This document shows positions 25,501-28,988 of a stretch of DNA of 64,000 bases, one piece after another. Every line of letters begins with the position of its first letter. The stretch's first letter is position 1. Source of the stretch: a virus. The position numbers and the translations under genes were made by a program. Where the stretch lies: the IMG/VR virus record IMGVR_UViG_3300020182_001907. One strand, 5' to 3'. Under the pieces are notes generated by a model. It made no database searches. It was not told the DNA's origin and saw only the letters and a list, made by a program, of their open reading frames with translations.

Positions 25501-28270
25501 CATAAGAGCAATAGATAGAATATTTAAATATGATTCAGATGTTCAGGCAGCATTCAACACTGAAGTAAACACGTTCTTTAATGACCCTACTGCGTCTGCT
25601 AATATAAGTATTGTAGGGAACTATTTGTTACTCAATAACATGATTGGCAGCAATCAAATGGATACTACACTATCGCTGCTAAAAACAAAATCTGGCGGAG
25701 ATTTCCAAGGGGAAACTGTAAATGCATACACCTTCAAAGAATATGTTGATAATTTTGATTCCATAACTGACGTAGTTACACAGTTTGGTTTCGACAGCGA
25801 CCCGTGGGACGAAAACACTGATTATGATAACGTAACAGTTACGGACAGCAGAAATAGTGCCAATTACGGTAATGTTACAAGCATAGGAGTTGGAGATCAT
25901 CCTTGGGACCAAGTAAAAGAATATGTAATCTATGAAGGCATAATTAATAAAGATATAGATGGCCCTGTAACGCTGAGACGTAACGATGAAGTTTACGAAG
26001 GATTTGATAGTATTACTTTTCATAGAATGCTTTACGGCGAAGAAATGCCAGAAGAGTTAGCATTGTTTGATCCGTTAGAGTCTGTTGTAATGACAGTTGT
26101 AACCTCAGAATTTGCTAGAGGTACCACGGATGTTGTGGCACAGTATGATGTTTTACCTGCAAACATTGATCTTCAACATACTGTATACAATTTAGTAAGC
26201 ACTACAGTATTAGATGGTGGAAGGGGTTGGATTAATCCTACAGTTACTTTCTATAACGATTTTACTAACAGTGAGCCTGCCCTGTGGTCAGCAACTGCTA
26301 CAGTAGTACCAGATGGCGACGGTTCGACCATTAGTGCTATAAACATTACCCTTGGTGCCGCGCAAATTATCGGATTACAAAGTCAACTTAACATAGTTGT
26401 TTCTGAAAGTTATACTCAAACTTTAACAGCGCAAGCAAACAAAAGAACAAACGTACTTAAATTAAGTAATCCTGCAGAATTAATTGTTGGACAAAGTGTA
26501 ACCAGTGTTACAGGTAATATATTGTATGGAGAAATTGTGTCAATAGATGGTGCAAATGCAACTATCAGCACTTTCTTAGAAGATACACTGCTTAACGGAT
26601 CAACAGTGTCAGTTAGCGGAAGTAACTTTACTGGTAGAAGTTTTTATGGAATAACAACTGAAGCAAGTGTTTTAATTGATAAGAAATTTGCAGAAGAAAA
26701 TTATGATCCATCAGAATACACTATAATTTCTCCAACACTTGCAGAGTTTACAAATATTGATTTTGTTAACGCAGTGATTCAGGCTGGTGTAGATCCTACT
26801 AGCAATACTAATTTCTACGGCATCGATACAGTCTCTGGGTGGGATACTGCTATAGAAAATGGTACTATTGGAGCTTGGGACTTGCTTGATGAAACCATAC
26901 AACAAAATATCGTTGAGCAAGTAGCACCCAACTCACGTGAAGTTACACATAGAGTGCATATGAACTTATTTGGCGGTACAGATTATTTAAGAATAAGCAG
27001 TAGAAAGACATCTGCCCTATCAAAAGACTTAGAAATATGGGGGAGCGAATTATTCCTTGACAATGTTTCGTGGGTACAGCCAGCATCTTTAGACCAGCCT
27101 CAGGCTTTGTGGATAGGTGATGAGTTAATACAATATGGTAGGAAGATCGACGATAAAGTTGATTTTATAACTAGGGGTGCTAAAGGCACCACTATACAAC
27201 ACCACCCAGCAGGAACTCCAGTGTACTCTGCTTACAATGTAGATTTGTTTAATGACTTGATGCCAGAGAGCGCAGTATGGCTTGAAATAGGAACACGTTA
27301 CGAAGACGTAACTAAGTGGGATCAAGCAGGAGATGCTACTCTTGGTAATCAGGATGATAACTTTTGGTTACAGATTAATAGCTGGGACGAAAATGCCAAT
27401 GTATTAAGCACACAGAGCGATACCGCAGTATTAATAGAGAGTGGTGCAGAAACAAGTAACTTAGTAATGACTACAGGAATGTTTGATATAACTAACAAAG
27501 CTATTAAGATAAAATCTACTATCTCACAACCAGCTGTACTAGCGCAGTCGGCAGTACAATATACTAATATTTTACAATTACAAGCTCCATTGTACACTAG
27601 TACGGCTGTCGTAATGGAAGATGTTCCTCAAGGTAATAGTACTATAAGAGTAAGTAGTCCAGGACATAATGTTAATGATATACTAATTGTGCAGACAGCT
27701 AGTGGAACAGCTGGTGAATATATTGGACAAATTCAGTCCTACTTAGGCGAACCAGAGCCTGGTAAACATGAATACCAGTTGTATACTCCAGTGTATCAGA
27801 AAGTTAATGAACTTACACAATTGTGGTTCTCAAGATATGTACCAGGAATGGAAATTAAACGGGGTATTAATACCTTAGGGTTTATAGGAGACTTGAATTA
27901 TGGGTCAGGTAATATTACACTAAGTAATCAATTATCTGGTCTCTTACCAACAGCAGGACAAACTGTTGAGTTGTATTGGAGAGATGTTGCAATTGTAAAT
28001 GAAACATTTGGTGCAGGCCCGGGACAAATAGTTAATGTTGTTCCTAGTGCAGCTGAAGGTTGGCAGTCAACGTTTAATAGAATTTTATTCAACGACGCTG
28101 TTACTGTTGAAGTTGAAGTGATTGAAACAGGCAATTCAGATGTAGCGTGGGATAGTGCAAGACTTGCTGGTCAAACAGCACAAAGTTTGGCAGATAGAGC
28201 AAATGCTGATTATAGTTCTTTTAACAGCATTATGCGATTTATGCACTTCGGCGAAGATCCGACCCCATAA
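4526..28270 (+). CDS. Giant (7914 aa) mosaic baseplate/tail structural protein with YHYH-like, CBM5/12-like, PA14-like and repeated beta-sandwich modules
   Basis: A single 23.7-kb stop-free ORF 3 nt after the gp6-like gene (the gp7/gp8-like position). T/N/S/G/V-rich. YHYH-like motif HSPIVGWAFDGLPIYGPYGY (~8885), CBM-like WQPNLTYNKTAIVEYQGRYFQA (~10303), PA14-like ELKGYFRAPKTGWYKF (~18401), several 'I.V...GSGY' modules. Confidence 0.75.
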   Translation: MADKIYKKLPAVLQTTTIKNFFENTVEQLFSKQDAEIVQGFIGSPSNEDVNARGQFLTEPTATKRFYALTPTVNTINSVTAKSENFYFYDEIIDTLHTYGVDTHNHNKIFSSEFLTYLPPIDIDKFLNYQEYYWIENGPNTITITPTADVVLDIDNEVIGKKEFTYGSVNLRNGMILQFSGDNCVPASRVNIEYIVQGVGTAIQLIQKDLNNITSYTKDKDYILQARGAKNQNLWSRINYWYHVNNFRDAGQDLPPRVNRANRPILEFAQELELFNHGTEFATVVDLATNAPLNQLDGSLADAQLTDENVIGKEFIFLNQSELEVGNIVHTAIEIDSNTAPQLNITDVTGTFNANIDLNWTRSKNKLGYELSSITVLDQGSSITSFQLLDLDYALLEEGDVVTTSTINIVAPVTSVLPGMAVWIPAVGTNGEYTYGIVDTVDTVNRIITTVEPITIYRNLALQTPYIAFTPIIATITSPYGSDAIVAIGSFGGLVYEALSFVLNPGAGYYTEGSIKVQQVGDPILNPSGITEENLAFVPYKIDVDKPVQVSLGSNAGKEFKWDVTGWLQCQEKLYLNQPPLFTLYDTQGTYLGDRPGNNFAGSKIFGYATEVPANAQNISRSVVEDTELGFNFIFENFKSGSEILFDNFQETIRYSDNQGEINGYYFYKMVSDDVESYETYMRTVPVKTRQSIVSSYLVNKFDIDGVQQEWYIGGVPDVDQNLNNGYDITVTVNGIKRTDWTYNLNRAGYIKFDTFNLIESDFIYITANCTTGLISERTTSKYELPLALYSNIFNEDINTISQPSYAGHFANYMQRQQGFTGEVYGINNFNDTKKDIKHATDIIVSQDDLVLGAFLLDDQPHNLVDALRFNANEYIKYKNRLINEINKYYSNEFNEDLSVEETLENIIKRVISYKVSQDVFNRTYVVPFGDIYDVQQFSIALDQTQLTLTTDLDLNKIENSVMVYRNGVLLTADVDYTFSSLTFPVTIDISTELVINDTITVKIYNVLRDSAQCPPTPSTMGLYPLFIPRIEQDTSFVTPITVLVGHDGSRTPVNNDDRDTLLLEFEKRIYNSAKKEFRKSNSLPEYNYADVRAGAFRETGYTVKEWSDILRYYFIEWSRANELDYIINEFYDQINSFTWNYNTELPGHWKGLYEYYYDTINPHTSPWEMLGFTEKPSWWDTEYALFIEDDFGLNIPYVNYGSVNTKMWKDLEEGIIRQGPRENVTNNLYLENNRFRRMGLNAVLPVGSDGNLKSPDQVMTTENVTRSISYTNTDTGNHDANFAFRTNKFYNLNGINVSWDNDNVYVQGRGIPVYSDENQPINVSGEQSLSDIPILSQDISYCVPRKPLTDLGVNVETWNDADYWDDSATWNDTSLTALGNASKMSNDAIAVLVNGLPLYNFYDENTTWESQGSWHYDNNRLGEDKSIDSEGLLHYNKITPEVAGLSSWSTTEHSPIVGWAFDGLPIYGPYGYADPLDSSSAIVRVESSWKLRRENPTFGTRPGSVGGAFSGVFVEDYYFDEDFFSETPHAADEFNAVFGVTPDSEQPFYHYVATLDNNLKPAFPYAVGGGVQTRTVEGLFFNAWSNTFRFQASNTRGIARINVLDPGGLYTQGNTSVVIEGDGSGATANVVVTDGGITSVVITNKGKDYNTATAAIVGDGVRAVIEIIIDTEDNNSNNCEVNVSATSALVSVENLTVTSNRNLDKNWKFGDGAPVEQAWKYSSGYPFAVTEALLLSKPGKFATVFSNPIKIARTPVNKRILVNIDTNKSWHFSNPSEFQIHGEIVDNVFTTNIGYTQFINSWLTFQRLDTNIDFAEKIRTLNVKLSHRMSSFIDQDTLTARTDQYSIQGSASSLIIPKDDLSVDLHSSNYKSRNFYSGVIVQRSSEGYIVTGFDKNRGYFEILESDRQGRSNRVEVGGSPAGYSQWQPNLTYNKTAIVEYQGRYFQARVRITGGETFDRDLWAPLASLPQLNAARGTRYQNTTGIVRRIYYGTEYTNIDDVYDFLISLGRFNELSGFQFGEYDISISDIRNWDYAAKQFLFWTTGNWEVGNTLELSPAATQITFESPDRGFVAKINRTDRQQFTLVTEDGSIIDASECEIVRSDRMISIKPPAGKQIYGVMLYVKEIEHVISFNNTTQFNDIIFSSLLNQRQSRIKLKTKRTKDWDGRLNASGYIVDGGELIPNPDNLAENLGRYHELGFVPVQKDVYDASRALYGYVPREYLTELDVLDDQQFDFYRGMLQSKGTQTSLTRIAKSSSILDGDITIFDEWALKIGEFGDTSNNQHVELRLEKTDLKQDPQLITLSFPEDITNVVESIEVVDARYIYTEAPAIEIAAPLSPGIQATAQSFLNTDGTLSHIEVTEPGSNYSLEGVTSNVIASDVTLYDLNSDFDYASTTSTNYVNLSVNQIDITISVNGSSSTLVSIPSANPGVVDVLPADIVSALEDAFPEELFVVARETHDLSGSVKWLFTLLATNELVIDDGNDLLLTNGTYINTQRYRLDSTVQQGSNVTVASDITVTVANVVVSDSNWDFDLGQIVSTNPSSSTPVISNTKRQQGDVDSVTYTAIFNMYGEPGSTENGQFELLPLSLQGSGTGVIFNIITVSRTNIGGAPYGSETWQVEIDITIQNPGQDYVLGDTFILRSSLSLREHQVVTVDAINNAYDLREYTLINNNASLDLGPAFATENLQIDNSGQYKFIEVYIDDQKIENFADGGTGAGTLYVIDNGGAGGTGRIQFPDISRLPIALLTYQFNPPLSEPVPNGYQRETYFSLTSANTIKVVESSTIQFNAGFTDDIAESDIRIKVTTQDGIVTRIGQVRTYEVTRDQKNDNILFVDIDNTERFLKKPTGVRTNNLWATTNAVNASGITDQAYPTVLNAGYVATGNVEYQSFDIASLPDLYDDNILIKPYSGSHIHMAKDDHNDWNVYKLLNIGSDVSFLSKNQSGNVSLYTDKSLFNFIDTNQIGQPNTGKFMDYYITLDNANVSDNVLVWSNEEVVLTESSTVEDVQAPRMVEAFIKSIGPSDLLSITSVDPIVGGYVNNLTLIPQLVSDTVIVTGSFNGRINEGDAITLLDNLGTNYSSNVSAGAATSSTDGKLTLSADNEDVLLLDPLVTAAGAGNLYVTLNVQVSDYLYGEYTANASTLTLEDKLNFELITAINGKKFAVDSVSTGSNTVTLTDPKGKDSNLADNYIFTSNLAANLETSGYTVTVYEQYTPLSGNYFIAANVTYNSFEIERPGTAPSTNVTGALLNKSRITTSAPHELFPGDIVRINTPNVSGTFSIDTVTANTMDLGARWLPGYVSESGNIVKKGIKIETVAPHGISSLYAKSDKRIAVHFVSPLYYNKVYYVDSVTPTTLIINNVWPRTDTTHVFYEEKVAQLSSSALFDKENPDYENATNIIEIVENPLLSDYQATWDSNSSILSDGMINFYGNVVIISPRALPSNTSVSTGITLVRSVKRETKFPVVTTLDHNRINMNGSEITVDSYNNLSGMNEAINRAIALRRAYTDLTQPTSAGFRLAFNMLTDPFTPVAQTSSGNKLPAAFISNYGPYVRDAETINRLGNQNAQATGELKIADTVEQIYNENFNQGPKIAGPTQGLSYTDAITGIKYNWSPSIKDYRAEYTAQQELEEQSITNTVEYPDPEGHITTIQGPAISSWSSEGILYEVPGVYGDIAYPEGSVVIYNSQYWIALIDIMLSDNTTFGSDGGNPYQDREFPDQDLIRTNINGKFVYTWRAINNSDAIKSAINEQLTLTTLPGTGTSTANIPGVKRKSYNMLEKTDLNGLLVQPSYNDPVGTVIPRYRLQPNQYKSYAIYQAVRNDNNDIYYIKLDEVSPPLTRHDFYRTINAYSNFSGYEAVDFYYTNNITLSNYLDVNQRITYNRDPLKMKQTGYVLEIGPAEPASFIGKQLLAEPFAVSGGNNTNAIENFRNLPYLEIASSDQNGSLGKATITLGNENDNANGYNSFLLWTPGLTPGKWEPSPEGPGPLNGYNGVPVSAGFGKGYYSAGDGHTDAGNYPGYTVKYDRPIPRFVYSKNYKVSPPVTNRDDTLEYIPLTNTDLGELGLRPDQIYVACFWTEPFVYTNQLVGYNNNNIDSSGKPAPIYSDYEGTVVRFKYIRITELPANAITRRLIPDTGWGGKPWSNRIVDNVGVQFTNDNENQIWDLFKPADVSAGTTTEALTTATVQNTADAPTGEQIQSSTAPETQPIFVPTTALGPVITGGVLDGLTGPCDTVQQPGDPESGIGGDCDKVPQESVQALTLTKDDMELISDPTIISDYNVYYKTVKIAGSRSPFTVFFNSGGSSIALGLTQSKNIYTPTETTVQAQFGGEQPFIKNNTGTSRAGSLQGQVFAYGDINTGVPVTNIVSNALGLITNAPLPGIQTYTAAGSEVTFPSITGSAFNLLFPDNEMAVSGIGFIREEQLICSVPGPYVTVFVATDSRASTDDFTLVLSYLKELVVTEEVAPITGECTDDVLTNSRNYSAGATVRAWSNNVTPLNGTFSTIFANSSGNPILYDFFSSISESGSVTSFVDFRSRVDNIYWTAGAADSPYANKDTYKALELQIPLGTRTGFTYDTIDNWADTPNPDVVNLTSHVDKTNNLLVSENIVNAFNTPVKAGNTNSGSTIELKGYFRAPKTGWYKFDNITNETENLSRSWIWVSSAADPSNSLTHVNSRILWKRYGVDDAKLQIDSAGNETAVAEEYFVNDGYQLTGDETQEQYINSVAYHRDNAASSHTHSQTGQTTVIFLKEGSFYFTRALATNHLVEAVMHLQYAFSDAPENLLPSSTNFTTGRLGFSGRTCAADIQDNAPPVVQDPAQPIDPVTNPAPVYDCFGTPIGQNFNLYQTSTTLAIDVSYEGESGVYSYIDINDGAVNTLDFYTNTDPNFSGTIPTSITTSIATFCTADLAACITNQLTSQYAGQSLNDQQKLAIINSCSNVTQEPETPIYPADQGNDPDNAEQTQEIVFEPLIDDRQDVQRGWTGGIATSEQGQTRGYVWGNYVGYSKPQMTGYNFYPGVFKKTTVKLVQPSQNTYTTQNTIPEGQVVGPNSQRISGGAIISLAKPLTTTVPKTPTVLKRYEVQDQPWADNLTNVNSLTYNPRRIGSSINVNNSNLTNVKPNINSNDLDYNGPAFTTPDTVLQEDRSDVTRVVANQTTSLQPLQFSKVNTGIRFTKVPVIDITPLDIDANGNYLPAGTTVQAQISRPTPTASITQEDLLGTKEGEELYINGRRLVVRARTLEDLKNQINCGVFGLEAGIVNQAGQPTLVISSCTGQAWRVANGCGGGVYSQVGDFHINRGFEQSRTAVSSLTDAVVDTGQAAASTVYTKYTYVTEQTIGVAGEIIPANTYVRFGLNTGTGETGYTTNQTYVDAAGDINLVEFEGNSTGTIAPMPSTSTTSEYQTAGSGYRIGDRLRLIGGTPINSAKAPLTKICIDSAGSGYTDVTKLQVVINSNNATPGVGAAAIVTALDINGGIAEIEIVNGGTGYDINRPPLVEIIDLANPSAATRTIDSRWPGASAGGSLSVNGGDILEIDNYSSSIDGKDLYIDKRHLKATAPFTIGQRLFDGLVSPVNINSNVAWIDPQTLDNSFTGRAQITLTGVSSGSAILESIRPNSFVEIAHFPRTAFDNVATITAGSLSKLSSTMTIPGNYQSIIQPGDVITFLDQNEQLEKEDGSISLPDPRYIQLQIDSATDNGGSTDLVFTTTVDARYTFADATVGGTDRPVLIGRAIESKFFIPQPTDNNPTVTYNSGLSTLTVVIESDMFRTFPSFKNSGMFGNGFLPDVYTGIMQPDTVYVYYKKAWWTETLVNPPGGVPVLQDIVDPSVPRNSAKLSALMGTSDTYGTNLNFNDNALKAGYQGMAGPQRIAKFIVTGVDSFGAITSLRIIDRGVYKIFPSDLTRGLPLEYDYEIPGTSSGQLLNGVATVLPSQRGTTLGVSDPLWSVQYGPDHPEYKVDPYGDTSNERHPDWFRYPEFYFNGVQWVPYKGTPGEYDPSTWVIVDTRDPSTSQDISINDAWENLTAEQIERFYVTGQLLRKTYLIDDNVASTTYGKYITPRTLAGGSGARVFLTAQEIPDCSEKGTAREALGLPEIVEKVNAPLSLAKNINDAIAAAGYNPNTLNASVTPNGDLGEFGLSTSFPGIRLDSSTPGFLEKFGLPTGDYNLGMLCIESTLQDPNTTDEEAQQVINELYQSGSYGNLSTDELSSITGRSREDVKNVDVLSFACVQRISPKVPAGVNTGDLLNDNNSIFPGNNIIRLRELFKYTVSNIFGEDISLNTVSNRQDVSVNVFESRRYNNFNTLPVNFETTDAATNAVNTVLYPGQPVINTNVPSTNLPVVEKRWIDNYNGSWAYFENGVLIRQQEPLVDSRYVSSTLMYNGTTGEKFLDLYQWDPFKGVLPKFIADEVYYISEVDPVGYSSARSVFGRNNIGKTWWDTSTIRYFWYEQGSAVERRNAWGSAFPGSSITICEWIESEALPENWAGDGTPRFLDRYITERHQDPITGEFKLYYYYWVQNRSIIDDRIKRDLNRSLDTRTIARYIANPYKYGIETVSYISPSSMLIGNTGPSLNKFENRLQINFSRNLNPDGIDHTAWELAREGDKDSVIPNDLSNKLIDSLAAENAIGQVVPSPLLSDVERYGIGFRPRQTMFKNIKEARRVMVNVINRLLSDLRLETEYPEWDSTLPSVRTYIKTVDWFAVRTVDNETNENIRFNDSYKPVYKVSSVAELYRLQNVPDGSIAQVSNEQNTSVELWIYIGNKNRYKQINIKDETIQLSSALYTDDTNAIMSNEIRLLLTTLKDKVFFNTNKWNELFFEMLKYAYVEQGQLSWAFKTSYLFVKKEEEDLVKFTGFKPDNFQKVLDYMNEVKPYNAKIREYKDGKRAPLDYIGQNNISDYDKPPFVDPEANKIRVLDETIPADLELMGTNARYVDYWTAITTDNTTPIRKGKVNLTFDRTNWLPTLFGWDPATDTESIAISKNIAFLSVANAAVMADPSSNIRAIDRIFKYDSDVQAAFNTEVNTFFNDPTASANISIVGNYLLLNNMIGSNQMDTTLSLLKTKSGGDFQGETVNAYTFKEYVDNFDSITDVVTQFGFDSDPWDENTDYDNVTVTDSRNSANYGNVTSIGVGDHPWDQVKEYVIYEGIINKDIDGPVTLRRNDEVYEGFDSITFHRMLYGEEMPEELALFDPLESVVMTVVTSEFARGTTDVVAQYDVLPANIDLQHTVYNLVSTTVLDGGRGWINPTVTFYNDFTNSEPALWSATATVVPDGDGSTISAINITLGAAQIIGLQSQLNIVVSESYTQTLTAQANKRTNVLKLSNPAELIVGQSVTSVTGNILYGEIVSIDGANATISTFLEDTLLNGSTVSVSGSNFTGRSFYGITTEASVLIDKKFAEENYDPSEYTIISPTLAEFTNIDFVNAVIQAGVDPTSNTNFYGIDTVSGWDTAIENGTIGAWDLLDETIQQNIVEQVAPNSREVTHRVHMNLFGGTDYLRISSRKTSALSKDLEIWGSELFLDNVSWVQPASLDQPQALWIGDELIQYGRKIDDKVDFITRGAKGTTIQHHPAGTPVYSAYNVDLFNDLMPESAVWLEIGTRYEDVTKWDQAGDATLGNQDDNFWLQINSWDENANVLSTQSDTAVLIESGAETSNLVMTTGMFDITNKAIKIKSTISQPAVLAQSAVQYTNILQLQAPLYTSTAVVMEDVPQGNSTIRVSSPGHNVNDILIVQTASGTAGEYIGQIQSYLGEPEPGKHEYQLYTPVYQKVNELTQLWFSRYVPGMEIKRGINTLGFIGDLNYGSGNITLSNQLSGLLPTAGQTVELYWRDVAIVNETFGAGPGQIVNVVPSAAEGWQSTFNRILFNDAVTVEVEVIETGNSDVAWDSARLAGQTAQSLADRANADYSSFNSIMRFMHFGEDPTP

Positions 28271-28293
28271 GTAAATTAGTGTTTTTTAAAAGT

Positions 28294-28301
28294 GATAAAT
28301 A
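28294..28301 (+). promoter_or_regulatory. Putative late promoter box GATAAATA (T4 TATAAATA-like)
   Basis: Lies in the 37-nt gap before the 222-aa gene. The 13-mer TGATAAATAACAA (28293-28305) recurs exactly at 43425-43437. Confidence 0.6.
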
Positions 28302-28307
28302 ACAACA

Positions 28308-28976
28308 ATGGATGTTAATAAACCAAATTCGGAAAAACAAGTTATGAATCAATCTACAAAACCAGATGACCAAATGGGATTGAACGTGAGCGGGCATATT
28401 TTAATCCGCGACAAGCAAACCGGTCAGGAGATCGTAAACAAAAGAAATGCTATTCATTACGGTAATATGGCATACATAGTAGCTCAAGCATTAAGTAATA
28501 ATGAAACAGCATATATTCATTATCTTGCTTTCGGAAATGGCGGAACTAGTGTAGATACAGCTGGAAAAGTATCATATAAAACCCCTAGGGTCACCGAAGG
28601 ATATGAATCAGGTGCAAACTTATACAGTAGGACATATTGGAAGGCTATTAGCGACAGCGACGAAAACAGCGATCAAGTTAATAATAATATATCGATAATC
28701 CCAGGACAAAGTTACACTGATATTAAATGTACCTGTACGTTAGCATATAATGAACCAAGTGGTCAAGACACGTTTGATAGTAGTACAACAAATGAAGGAG
28801 ATTACATTTTCGATGAGCTTGCTTTATTTTCTTACCCAACTGATACTGGATTAGCAACCCCAGAAGAAATTATAAACACAAGCACAATGTTAACCCATGT
28901 ACTTTTTCATCCAGTACAAAAAAGTTCAAACAGAGAGATAGAAGTAATTTACACTATTAGAGTACAACTAAGCTAA
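28308..28976 (+). CDS. Putative baseplate/tail structural protein (start may be ATG 28344)
   Basis: 'GHILIRD...IVNKRNAIHYGN...AFGNGG...FDELAL...HVLFHPVQKS.NREIEVIYTIR' pattern typical of phage baseplate/fibre-attachment proteins. Located between the giant baseplate protein and a tail fibre. Confidence 0.6.
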   Translation: MDVNKPNSEKQVMNQSTKPDDQMGLNVSGHILIRDKQTGQEIVNKRNAIHYGNMAYIVAQALSNNETAYIHYLAFGNGGTSVDTAGKVSYKTPRVTEGYESGANLYSRTYWKAISDSDENSDQVNNNISIIPGQSYTDIKCTCTLAYNEPSGQDTFDSSTTNEGDYIFDELALFSYPTDTGLATPEEIINTSTMLTHVLFHPVQKSSNREIEVIYTIRVQLS

Positions 28977-28988
28977 GAGGATTAAACA

